The translations under genes and the position numbers were made by a program. Below the pieces are notes generated by a model. That model worked only from the letters and a program-made list of their open reading frames with translations, made no database searches and was not told the DNA's origin. A DNA stretch of 41,527 nt, taken from Ministeria vibrans ATCC 50519. Lineage: Eukaryota > Protista > Filasterea. The stretch is from assembly GCA_943704425.1 (NCBI GenBank), contig CALSCP010000245.1, forward strand, positions 50,396 to 91,922, given 5' to 3'. Positions 1 through 11,900 of the stretch are shown in pieces (within the stretch, counting starts at the first letter, position 1; the number at the start of each line of letters is the position of its first letter).

Positions 1-85
1 TGGGTGGGGGATGGGTGGGGGAGTTTCTTGTTTGTATCTTGTGCATGCAACAACTTACTTTTTTGTTGCTTTTTTTCAACTATAG

Positions 86-178
86 AGAGACGGCTGTCCC
101 AAAATCATCAACTTGGGCTCGGCCAAGACAGACTTATTCTATGAAAGAAAGAAATACGGCGAAAAGAGACAATGGTAA
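86..178 (+). CDS. PHF5A: PHD finger-like domain protein 5A (SF3b subunit, Rds3), terminal exon; upstream exons lie outside the window
   Basis: After a pyrimidine tract and TAG acceptor (85), reads [30 protein letters not shown], nearly identical to the conserved PHF5A C-terminus [25 protein letters not shown]. Missed by the ORF track. Confidence 0.93.
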   Translation, partial: RDGCPKIINLGSAKTDLFYERKKYGEKRQW

Positions 179-308
179 CAGGGCGTCTCATTGGCTCATC
201 CAAGCGAGGCGTCCGTATTATTCCCCTTCTTACTCTTCTTGTTGTACAGTGCAAAATTAAGACAAAACTCTCCCCCAAAAAACAATAATATTTATTCAAA
301 AAATTGAT

Positions 309-1459
309 TCACTTCTTTCGCTTTCGCGATTTCCCCTTTGTGCCACCATTCTCATTGACACTACTACCGCCACGGCGACGGAGCGCATTTTCGGCACTAC
401 TCGTGCCGTCGGTGCCACCGTCGTCGTCTCCGTGCATTGCAAAGGTGTCGTTGAGCTGCCATTGTCGCACTTGTTGTCGCAACTGAGCATTTTCTGCCTC
501 GAGTCGTCGGGCCGTCTCGCGCGCCTTCTCCGCCTGCATTCGCGTCATTTGAAGTTTCTACTCAAAGAAGAAAGACCCATAATTATATTAATAAAGAAAC
601 AAAAGACATCCGTTTGGGTGACTACTCGAGCAGCAGCCTCTTGCGATGCGCCGTGGAGTGCGCTGCCGGACAACGGATGGGAGTTGTGATGCTGTTGCTG
701 CTGCTGTTGTTGCTGTTGCTGCTGATGTTGCTCGTGTTGTTGAAGCTGTTCTTTGAGTTCACTTAGAGTGCTTTGAAATACGGCAATTTTGTTTGCTAAG
801 ATGTAGAGAAAACAATCAACGTTGGAACACACGCGTCATTTCCACTGACTGTTATCGCGCGTTTCCGTTTCAGCTGTGCGTTTTGTCAGTTCGTGCGCTG
901 CCTTTTCATCGACAAGTTGCTGTTTTAGCTCACTTACACTTGTAGTGCTGACCACGAGATCCTGCGCGCCAAATATCAGAGACAGCTCAACGATAGAAAA
1001 CAATTTGGTTTCGTCTCGAACCTGCTTCGTTTTTTGCAATTCTTCTTCTGCCCTGACGCGCACCACTTCAACAGCTGCAATTTCTGCATCACAGTTGCGA
1101 GCACGACTCAGGGCACGTTGCGTCTCTTGCAGCTGCGTGTTGAGCGTTTCAACTTGCGTCGACGATTCGGCGAGTTTTCGACGTTCGAGTTGACACGTTT
1201 GTTCAAGCTGGAGTACAAAATGTAGCCCAGTTCAGATCGGCGCGTGGCCAGGAGTAGAATCGTATAAGACTCACCTCGGTAATGCGGAGCGTCGCTTCCT
1301 GTGAGGCCGCCTGCAACGTGTGGTGTTCCTGAGCCAAGAATTAGTGCGCAAAATAGTTATAATAATTATTATTAATAATAATTATTGTTGTCGTGTGCTC
1401 GTGGTGTCTTGTACCTTGGCGAGGATGACAATATCGTTAGAAAGACTTTCAAGGTCCAT
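309..1459 (-). CDS. Multi-exon coiled-coil protein with polyQ tract and C-terminal basic NLS-like tail (possibly CCDC152-like)
   Basis: Phase-consistent exons: 1459-1415 MDLESLSNDIVILAK; 1328-1275 EHHTLQAASQEATLRITE; then LEQTCQLERRKLAE...ELQKTKQ; DLVVSTT...; NKIAVFQSTLSELKEQLQQHEQ-polyQ; KLQMTRMQAEKARETARRLEAENAQLRQQV...KGKSRKRKK*. Heptad E/Q/K/R/L composition. Family name is tentative, from memory. Confidence 0.7.
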
Positions 1460-1562
1460 TTTATATCGTGATTTGACGAGAAAAAAAAGTAAAATCTGAA
1501 TCCACAGACTGCTTTACAATGAATAATTATATTTTTTATTAATAGTATTATTATTATTCATT

Positions 1563-4500
1563 TTATTCAATGAGAGTGAAATTGCCTTGCAATGTGCTAA
1601 GATCACTGCTGGGCGCCACAGTGACGAGAACAAGGGTCGGCTCGACAGCCCATTTCCACTGACGATTGAGCACGCGCAAGTCACGTTCGGGTTCAAGGGT
1701 GAAGGTGAGCCGTTGCGACGTGCCAGCGAGAAGGCGAACGCGACGGAAGCCCTTGAGGGCCCGCTGAGGAGTGGTCACGCTCGAGACGACCCGTCGAACG
1801 TACAGTTGGGGGACGTCGTCCGAGTCGCGAGAGCCAATATTGGTCAGCGTAAACGAGATGCTGATTGGTTCGTGAGCGTGTGCGCGCGTCGGTGTAATGG
1901 CCAAGTCGGTGTAAGAAAAGTCCGTGTAAGTCTAAGGTGAAAACGATACAAAAAAATATAAGAATGAATAATGTTATTCATAATATAAAATTTATTAATA
2001 ATAATAATTTATAATATTATACATATGGCTTGTTACCAATCCAAAGCCAAAGGGGTAGAGCGGAAACTGTTCATTCGTGATATCTACGAAAACACGATGA
2101 GCGAACATTCATCATGATGCACAGTGCGTTACAGTTGCTCGAGTGAGAACTGGGCATTGTATCAAAGAACATGGGCAATTGGCCGACGTGCAAGGGCCAG
2201 GTCATGGAGAGACGACCGGCGGGAGAGTAACGACCAAAGAGGACGTCGGCAAGGGCAGTGCCTTGGGCCTGGCCAGGCTTGAACGCTGCAAGGATCGCTG
2301 TGGTGTTAATGGAGGGAGGGAGGGCCACAGGACGACCGGCGAGCAGAACGAGCACAACGGGTGTGCCGGTAGCCAGCAGACGGTCAAGAAGCTGCTGTTG
2401 CCGACCGGGCAGGGTCAGGATGGTGCGGTCGTGTCCTTCGCCGCATGTCTTGGTGTCGTCACCGAGCACAACGACGGCCGCATCGGCACGGGACACAGCC
2501 GAGACGGCCCGCTCCATGCCATGCGCACCGACAAGGTTCCACATGAGAGACGCCGTCGCGTCGCCCGACTGCTTCCAGTACTCCATCACAATGGCATACT
2601 GACGCGTGGCATTGAGCGCAACCGGCTCGGACGTATGCACTCCGCCCGACGCATTCCACGCGTCAATCACCAGACGGCCATCCACGTACAGACGTGCTCC
2701 GCCGTTTCCCGCGTCCACCGCCCATCGTGCATCGTCACACGAGCATGGTGGAGCAACACTAGCACGCCAACGCACACTGAAGACGTTTGCAGTGACATTT
2801 ACAGAGGGACCGTAGAAATAGAAGTGAAAATTGATTTCGCTCTCGGTACGTCTCAAAAGGACCGAGCCCGTCAAATTGGTGTGCGCAAAGTACTCTGCGT
2901 CCACACGTGCATCCTTGTAGTGCCACCGGTGAACAATGGACAGTTCCGAGTCGGTCTGAATGCCTGTGCCGGGCTCATAGCGCAGTGCAATGGACGAGTG
3001 CGATCCACTGAGCAGCGCGGCAACCCCTTGCAGCACCGACGAAGAGTGGCGGTTGTTGATGTCGGCGCCGCCACCCGCATAGTCCCCGAGACGCAGCTCA
3101 TCGGCCGACGGACCCACCAGCACTAGCGATGAAAGCACCGACGCATCGTTGCCACCAATACTACCCTTCATTTCCGACGACAAAGCAAACGGCAAAAAGA
3201 GGTTCTGGTTTTGTAGCAGCACAACGGATTCGCGCGCAGCCCGCTCTGCGAGATCACAGTGGGCCTCGGTGAATACCCGTGCGCTCACCAACCCTTCGTC
3301 CGTCTGTGCCTCTCCTTCATTCAACCCTAGCCGCATCTTTACACGCAGCACATCAGCAACACGCATGTCTACTAGCGATTCGTCCAGCGTCCCATTCCCC
3401 ACCATGTTCACAATCGCCCCTTGGAAATCGTCATGAGAAAAATCATAAAATTGCATATTCCCGCCGGCCTATATTAACGCACGCCACATTTCAACATGAT
3501 GAGAAAGGTGAATCATAATGATAATAAAAACCACAGTAAAGGCACGTGCATACCTGAAGGTACTGTTTGATGGCATCGCCCACAGTGGATGCGACGGCGT
3601 GGACACCGTTGAGCTTGGCGATGGCGCCCAGGTCGCTCAGGACGAACCCTTCAAAGCCAAAGGTGGTGCGCAGCATGTCTGTCAGTGTGAACGAGTCGGC
3701 CGGATTGGGCACGCCGTCCGTCTCGCTGTACGCCGCCATGACACTGAGTGCGCCTGCATCGCGCACGGCCGCCTCAAAGGGTGCCATGAAGACGGAGAGG
3801 AGTTCGCGACGTCCGACGTGCACGGGCGCCGTGTTGCGACCGCCCTCGGGCACTGAGTGCGCCACGTAGTGTTTGGGCTCGCTCACAACAGCGCGCGTGC
3901 TGTTCAGTTGGCCATTCTGTTGCATTCCACTCACCATGGCGATGGCATACTGTGCGTTAAGGTACTCCGACTCGCCGTAGCCCTCTGTGTGCCAAAGTTA
4001 GTGTTCACTAATGGTCGGTTCTTTCTCAATGACGCGCACAGCACCACCCCCACCCCCCCACCCCTAAGTACCTTCAACACGACCCCAGCGGGGCTCGCGC
4101 ATCACGCCGAGCACGGGAGCGAGGCAGAAGTGGATCCCATAGGCGCGCGCCTCGGTCGCTATCGCCTGGCCAATCTCGTGAACCAGCTCGGTGCTGAAAG
4201 CGGCGCCCAGGCCGATGGGAGCTGGAAATACGGTGTGACTGTTCTGCTGATAGCCATGGAGACACTCCTCAATGAATAGGACGGGCGGTTGTCCGTGTTG
4301 CGCGGCGAGTCGTTGAAGTTCGTTTGTGTACGCGGCCGTTGGCGGATAGAAATCATGAATACTCCCCACACCGTCGCGCAGCAGCTGCTCTGCCGCCTTC
4401 ACATCCAAGGCACCGTTGCCATCAAGCAAGTCCGTGCCACGGTACATGTCCAATTGGCGCGCTGAGAGTACGAGTAAGCGCGATCAAAATAATTCAATGA

Positions 4501-4629
4501 AACGCCCTTACCTTTCTGCAGCACTGACATGGTGGCGATTCGCTTCCGAATAGCAGCTTCTTCGGCTGGAACAAAAGCGCCAATCGCACCACATGTGCCA
4601 AGTAGGACGATCAGGCCAACAGCGCGCAT
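1563..4629 (-). CDS. Secreted glycoside hydrolase family 3 beta-glucosidase/beta-xylosidase (signal peptide, GH3_N, GH3_C with PA14 insertion, Fn3-like C-terminus); multi-exon
   Basis: N-terminal hydrophobic leader MRAVGLIVLLG. GH3 motifs EECLHG, TVFPAPIGLGAAF, APVLGVMREPRWGRVE, KHYVAH, VMAAYSETDG and nucleophile SDLGAI; AARESVVLLQN. PA14-like segment FSVRW...GARLYVDGRLVIDAW...IVMEYW; GEGHDR, PAGRLSMTWP, PLYPFGFGL|TYTDF; Fn3 DDVPQLYV...LKGFRRV. Confidence 0.95.
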
Positions 4630-4797
4630 GCTGCAATGAAAGGAAGGGAAAATATTTGTTCATTTGATCGTTTGACGTTTTGACTTACTAAATAATTTCA
4701 CACACACACACACACACAATTTTCTTCGTTCGTTTCTCTACACTTTTCGTGATCACTTCAAGCTTGCTGCTTCGGGAGCCCAGTGCCATCGCCCAGC

Positions 4798-5904
4798 ATG
4801 TTGAAAGTGTTTGGCAAACTCGGATCGCAGAGTGTCAAGGTACTCCCGTCTGCCCTCCCTGCCGTGTCCCTCAACCAGCTTCTCCCCTAGGGCAACGACA
4901 CACAATACAACGATGCTGTGCGAGCTCACCGGAAACACGAAGCGAACACGGAAAAGCTGAACAAGGTTAAAAAAAAAAAAAAAAATACATTCATCAAACG
5001 AATGTGAAATCACTCTTGTAGGCGGTCAAGACATTTCAGGAGAAGTCTCGGGCTGCGGTGGCCGCATCACAGACACTGGACCACTCGGTTGCAGCGCTCT
5101 TTGAGGTGGTAGGCGACCTTGAAGAGACTGTGGCGACGTCCGTCCAAGAGTACGCCACAGTGTCGGATACGGTGGAGGCAAACGAGAAGGAGCTCGACTC
5201 GTGCTTGCGAACGACCCTGCAGGTGCGCTACATTGCTACATCTCACTCGCCTTTACTCACCTCCCCCCCTTTCTCTATCACTTTGTATCTTTCTCCCTCC
5301 TTTCTCTCTCTCTCTCTCACTCACTTTTGTATCTTTCTCCCTCCTTTCTCTCTCTATCACTTTGTATCTTTCTTTCTCCCTCCTTTCTCTCTCTCTCTCA
5401 CTTTGTATCTTTCTCCCTCCTTTCTCTCTCTCTCTCTCACTCACTTTCTTCCCTTTGCGTGCATCGCAGGAGCCCATGATCCGCTACCAGAAACTGTTTC
5501 CCTCCATCAACGAGACGATCAAACGACGCGAAACCAAATTCAGCGAATTTGAACGCTCACGCGAGAAATTGTCACGGGCACTTCGCGACAAGAACAAAGA
5601 TCCACGCAAGGTGGACCGTAACGAGGCAGCGCTCAAGGCGTCACAGTCGGGCTTTGAAGACATCAACGAAACACTCAAAGCGGAACTGCCCTTTTTTGAT
5701 TCGGTGCGCGCCGACTATTTTGACCCGTGTTTCGCGGCCATGGTGCGACACCAAATTGCTTTTCGCGCACGCAATGTCGCAGCTGTGGACCGAGCGGTTG
5801 ATGCGGCGTTTGCTGAGCCTCTCTGTGACATGGACTTTGAGCAGAGTGTGCGCGACCAACTCGACGAACTCGCGTCCCTCTCCATTGTTGGTGGTCGCAA
5901 GTGA
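4798..5904 (+). CDS. BIN3: N-BAR domain protein, BIN3/Rvs161-like (about 250 aa)
   Basis: Exons 4798-4839, 4891-4965, 5022-5222 and 5470-5904, all phase 0. Amphipathic N-terminus MLKVFGKLG, EPMIRYQKLFPSINETIKRRE, FEDINETLKAELPFF, DYFDPCFAAMVRHQ and terminal LASLSIV match BIN3. Confidence 0.88.
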
Positions 5905-6006
5905 TCCAACTCCCTGCCACCATTTGTAACTGTAACTGATATACACAATCGAATTGTAAACTCATCCGCCCCGTCACACACATGCAATAACAATTAAAAA
6001 AAGGGG

Positions 6007-7261
6007 TTACATTTGGAAAGAACCGCCCTGGCGCAACTGAGTCGCTTCCGAGCCGTCGTACGAGCTTGCAAGACGCGTCGAGCGCATTTCCATCATTTCG
6101 TCCTCTTGCTTGCGACCTCTGCGTGCCGACTTGGACGCCGAGGCTTTGTCGTTGTCGGAGCCGCGGCGTGCGCCGTGGTAAAGGTCGCGAGTGCGCAGAC
6201 CGGCCCAGGTGTAGATAAAGAGAGCTGCAAGGGCGCAGAGACCACCAATGAGCATGATGATGACAGACCAGCCTGACGTGCTCGTGCTGCCAAATGTACT
6301 CTGGTACGACGCCAGAAACACGGCCGCGCCCAGAATGGCAGCGACAGCGCCGCCAATGAGTGCACCCCCCACCTTGAACAGGGGCGCGCCGTACTTGGAG
6401 AACACCTTCTCAAAGTTGAGCGCCAACAGGCCCAGAATCACTCCAATAATCAGACACACGACGGCCATAACGCCAAGCACGCGGCCCGCCAGAATGGACA
6501 CGCCTGACAGCGATCCCGTGTTGAACAGTCCATATTTCGCTGAGTCGAAAAAAACAATCGAAGAATAAGAAGGGAAAGAACGAGTGCAGTGCAGATAGAG
6601 AGAGAGGAGAGAAAGCGAAAGAAAGAAAGAGGGGCGTTCGTCGTGGTCTGCGACACGGCAATGCGGGGATGGCAGCAGAGCAGGCAGGGCTGCAGTGGAG
6701 TACACAGAACGCAAAGGGTAACCGCAATTCCCATAAAACTGTGGGAACAAAAAAAAAACGAAACCCCGAGTGGTGCCTTGTTTGAAGCTGGATGGCAGCG
6801 TGTGTGGCATGTGGTCAAGACGAGAGCCAGCAGGAATACGGGCTGCATATCGAGCACAGAGAGCGAAACGGTTCGATTCGGTACGGACACTGTTTCACGA
6901 GGACCACACGCGTTGCGAGATACCCCACTTGACTCTCGTCGAGCCTTTGAGGCGTAGAGTTCAGTGTGTATATCGCTAGCACAGCGGGAAATCGCCAAGC
7001 GTCGGTTTTTTTTTTTTTTTATCTTTTATCTTTTATCATCTTGTCCCAAACGAAACACACACACAGACAGAGAGAGAGAGAGAGAGACACCAGACCCTGG
7101 TGCGACGTGGACAAGTACGTACCGCCAGAGGCCTGCGTGACCCACGAGGACGACGCAAGGCCGGCCAGGGCGCAGCAGGCACCCGTCAGAGTGAGCAGAA
7201 ACGCCACTCGGACCCAAGGCTTAATCTGTGCGCTCTGTTGTTGTCGACTCTCCAGACCCAT
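6007..7261 (-). CDS. Claudin/PMP22/EMP-like tetraspan membrane protein
   Basis: Exon 7261-7091 carries TM1 (VAFLLTLTGACCALAGLASSSW...HQGL). Probable micro-exon 6738-6723 (FYGNC). Exon 6539-6007 carries three more TMs, GWSVIIMLIGG before TM4, and a polar cytoplasmic tail. The W...GL[F/W]..C signature is restored by splicing. Confidence 0.75.
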
Positions 7262-7441
7262 CCTGGCACTTGTATCTTATTGCAGTCGACCAATCAACGC
7301 AATTTCTATTGAAATTTGATTTTGTTCAAGATTGATCTTTCCCTCGATTGATTGAATTGTGATTGAATCGTGATTGAATCGCTCGACACTCGTGAGTTGT
7401 GGCTCTCGCGAATAAAGCGATCAGATTCAGTTTGTTTGGTC

Positions 7442-7995
7442 ATGACGGAGCAGGTGGCACCCAACGCTGCGTGCATTGCCGCTGTCGATGCCGCGCTCGC
7501 AGCCAAGCCCGACGACGCCCAAGCAATAGCATCGCTGGCCGTCTGGGATGTCCTCTCCAAGTCGCAAATCGATACCCTGGCCATGGCTGGAGGTGAGGAC
7601 AGCACCACTGTGTCGCCTACACCCGTCTGCTTCGTCGCCCTTCCTTCCTTAGCGCCCAACGCACTGTCTTGTCGGTGGAAGTTTTTTTTTCTTTTTTTTT
7701 TTCTCGGTCAAAAGCGATTTTATCCATTGTCTGCCGTCGACTCCACGCTCTGCTGTGTCGCCTTCCTTCCGCTGATTCCACTGCGCATGCCTCTGTGGCG
7801 CGTCACCCTGCGCTCTGCGCTGTCGTGTGTTCTTTTGCTCAGCGTAGCGTCAACTCGATTCGTATCCATCGACGCCGATACGCCTTCGCTCCCTCCCAGT
7901 CCCTCTTACATACACACCTGTATTTCCTTGCAATCGCAGTCGATTTCAGGCATCTGCCGTGTCGCAACCCAAATCACTTACTTATCTCAGTTCTC

Positions 7996-8035
<40 letters not shown>

Positions 8036-8701
8036 CTTTTTTGCTCGCTTCTCCTTTCTCTAACTTCGAGGCGGTTTCTTTCTAGAAAAAATCCCCCGCT
8101 GCACTCTCTATGTGTTCACACACTCTATTCACATCTAATACATTCCTTCCTGTAGGCGGAACCGACATAGATTTCATTCTTTCCGTCGTCGAAATGTACT
8201 GCGACGAAGTCAAAAAATACTTTGCCAGCATGGAAATGGCCCTGTAAGACCCACATGGTCCACCGTGAATCGATATATAGATATCTATATATGTATATGC
8301 CGCTACCACGCGCGTTTACTCACGACCTTCTACTTTTCTCGTGTTGCCCTTTCGCCTTTGTGTCCTCGTTTGTTTTGATTTGCAGTGTTGTGAAGAATAT
8401 CAAACAGTTTGCCCAAAGTGCGCACACCATCAAAGGCTCGGCGGGCGCATCGGGTGCAGACAGAGTATCGAAGGCAGCCGAAGAAGTCAACAAGGCACTA
8501 AGACATGCAACCAACTTTGACGAGACGACGCGTGATTTGAGAAAAGATTTGGACACGCTCTATCGCGAACAGCGCATCTTTGTCAAAGTCTTTCACGCAA
8601 ACAAGGATGACTTCTTGAGTGACGACGAAGATGATGATGATGATGATGATGATGACGACGACGACGACGACGACGATGATGATGATGATGATGATGAGTA
8701 G
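7442..8701 (+). CDS. Histidine phosphotransfer (HPt) protein, Ypd1/RdeA-like, with poly-Asp tail
   Basis: Exons 7442-7592, 8156-8243 and 8386-8701 are phase-consistent. DIDFILSVVEMYCDEVKKYFASMEMAL...FAQSAHTIKGSAGASGADRVSKAAEEV contains the HPt H-x-x-KGS motif (His codon 8423-8425). Confidence 0.9.
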
Positions 8702-8880
8702 GGATGGTAATCAATAACAGTACAGTAGCAATAATAGACATGATCTTATTAGTATTAGATAAGAGATTCGTTTGTTTTCAGGTTTTCTTCTTCATTGTTC
8801 ACTCTTATTTAAGATATCACCTCTCAGGCACACGTTTTTCCTTGTTTTTCCCTGTTTTTTTTTTTTTTTTNNNNNNNNNN

Positions 8881-8927
<47 letters not shown>

Positions 8928-8947
8928 TCAATTTATTTCATCTCCTG

Positions 8948-11900
8948 TCACTCATCGTCTGCTTCAGCCACAATCTTGCGTCGCTTCACCCGACGACCTG
9001 CACCTCGACCCTTGCGACGACTCTCCTGCGCCAACTCTGTCGTGCTGTTCGGAGGCTCCTGTTCATCATTGCTGTCGCCTGCACCGGCCACGCGAGCCAA
9101 ATGTCGCCGTCGTCGCCCTTCTTGCTGTTTTTGTCGTTGTGCTTCCATCTCCGCCTCAACTCGCTCTGCAACTTCCTTTCCTTCATCATCCTCGTCGTCG
9201 TCGTCATCGCCTTCTTCGCCTGCTTCTTCTTCTTCTTCTTCCTCATCCTCCTCCTCCTCCTCCTCCTCCTCTTCTTCTTCTTTCTGCTGCTGCTGCAGCT
9301 GTTGCTGCTGCTGCTTCTTCACCTTCCCCTTCTTTAAGGGCGCTCTGCTCCGCTTTTTCCGCTGCTGCCCACCATCCTCGCCCATCTGATCCTCATCACC
9401 CCGCTCCTCTTCCTCCTCCTCGTCCAACTGCACCACCTGCGACGACACCACTTTGCCCTGCAAATCACGGTGCTTCAAATTGCCACACCAAAATGCCGCA
9501 CGCAAGTGGTGCGCCTCAAGCATTGCCTTGACACGGTAAATGAGCGTCTCCATTGAGCGTTTCACGGCCGGCACACCATTGATCAGTGCAACGTCCCGTA
9601 AGACTTTCGAGTGACCACAAATCGTCTGGAGCGTACGCGTGCCCGTCTGAAGCGTTTTGAAAATGCCGCCAATGGCGTCACGATACGCCACAAAGTGACG
9701 CTCAAGCAGCGGCATCACATTGCGCAGCCACACCTCAACAAATTGTCGGCCGTACTTCATGGCCGCCGACAAGAGACCTTTGGTCTCGCATCGCTTAGTC
9801 AGTCCCATGGCGTCGCGAAAAAGCATCGTGCATGATGACACGAGTACCAAAAGCGCGTCCACATCCAGCTCTTTTTTGACGGCTTTCGTTGTCGTCGTCG
9901 TGGAAATGTCGACGCTTTTCAACGACTCAATCATTTGCTCGAGTACAATGCGATAGCACAAGGGCAACTGTCGCTCAGTGATGGTTGGGAAGACGCGACC
10001 GGCACGTGCGTCTTCGTCGGCCACCAGTGCCACAATGGGACCCTGAAAAAGGGCTGTGGAAGCGTCGAGGGGATCGGACGCAAGAGACACGTGCTGCTTG
10101 AGTAGGTACGACAGATTGTTGGCAAAGGTGCGCGAGTCAGCTGTACCCTCCGCCAATGGTTTGCGCAACATGGCCCCTGCAATGCGACTCACCGCCGACG
10201 CACGTTGTGTATTCATGCCCGTCTTGGTGACCACCAGTGTGAGCAAACGCACCAGCTCCACCGCAAAGGTTGCACTCGGGATCGAGTTGCCCAGCCCCGT
10301 CAGGTAGTCAAAAGCGCCCACAAATATCTCTTGGTCACTGCTCTTGGCCAACGCCAAGTCTGGCACGAGCCGCTTGGCCATGGGCATCAGCAGCGTGCGC
10401 AACAACTCACGACCAGTCGCCAGTTCCACATTCATCTCGGACCAATGCAACAAATCTTCAATGCACTGCAGCAACAGTATGAAGCAGTGATGGCGCACAA
10501 CATTGCTCTCGCGCACCACACGTACATTGTCACCATCACCACCACCAAGGCCACCGCCCGTCGACGGCGACAACGGTAAATTGAGCGAACCCGCATTGTT
10601 ACAGTCATCCTCCTCCTCCTCCGCCTCCTCGGATGCGTAGGCAGTCACAAAGAACTCGAGATGGTCGCAAAAGATGGGGATGAGTGCGAGGATGCGCTTG
10701 GCAACGCGTTCGAGAGGATGCCGCAGCAGGCTCGCGTGACCCGTGGTTGGAGCGTTCGTTGCCACATTTACACTGTTACCAAAGTAGTTGAGGGTAGCAG
10801 AGGCGGGACGCGTAAGCACACGCACAAGTTTGCCATGAAAATCACGCAAGAGAAACTCCATCTCGACACATGACATTCGACAGGTCTCCTGTCGCACCGT
10901 ATCCTCACGTGTGTCCATCTCCTTGGTCGTCAGATGATGGTTTCCGAAATACTGCATTACCACCACCGTGTCAAACTCTAGCTCGCGGAACGCACCGGGC
11001 GCCGTCAGCATCACGTTGCGTGTGCGCCAACTGCTTGCCGCAGTGGCAGTGGAGGTGGCAGCAACAGCTTTGCCCTTGCCCTTGCCCTTACCACCCTTCT
11101 TCTTCTTCTTGTTATCGTCGTCCTCGTCATCTTCGTCGTCTTCGCCGTCATTGTTGTCCGCACTCTCGTGCTCGTCGTCGACCCCGAACGTTCCCGCTGC
11201 CGACGCTGCTGCCGTCCCATTAGGCTTTTTGGATTTGCCACCACCGGTGACGGCAGTGGTGGTGGTGGTGCTCGCTTGCACCGTACCGCCTTCGCCATCG
11301 TCGACGGTGAGAGCAAAGGACGGGCACACGTCCATGGAAGCGGCAAGCATGCGCTCGAGTAAGCACAAGTGAGTCGTGCGCGCGACCAGCTTCAGCTGCG
11401 TCTCGTAGCCCTGTTGCGTGCTAAAAGCATTGATCATCTCAATGATCCAGTTGATGCTGTGCACCAGCGAGTGTGCGAGACGTTCGCGCGAGAGTAAGTC
11501 CCAGCCCGCCAGATGCCGCCGAGTCCACTCGTACACAAGGTCGCCCTGTTCACCGTCGTCGCCGGTGCATCCAAACGATGCCTGCGCTTCGTCAAAGCAC
11601 TCTTGCACCAGCGAGTGCAACTCAATGGGACAACCAAGGAGTGCGTCAATGTCCGTGAGATCGCCCGCCTGGAGCACAAGCGTGCAGCCTTGCAAAAGTT
11701 TCACTTGAGGCGCCAGCGCCACAAGCATGCGCGCGCGACGCGGGTCCATCATGAGGGAGTGAACGCGCAATGTGTGAGTGGCATTGTCGCCGTCCAGGTT
11801 GAGACAAGCCCCATGCGCAGCGGCCGTTGTTGGAACTGCACTGGCGGTTGTTGGGGCAATGTCGGCCGAGCCACTCTCGGCGGCCTCCACGAGAAAGAGT

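Noticed and set aside
7593-8155. Stop-free continuation of ORF 7370-8155 with hydrophobic Phe-rich stretches
   Set aside because: This is intron 1 of the HPt gene; poly-T tracts give the spurious hydrophobicity.
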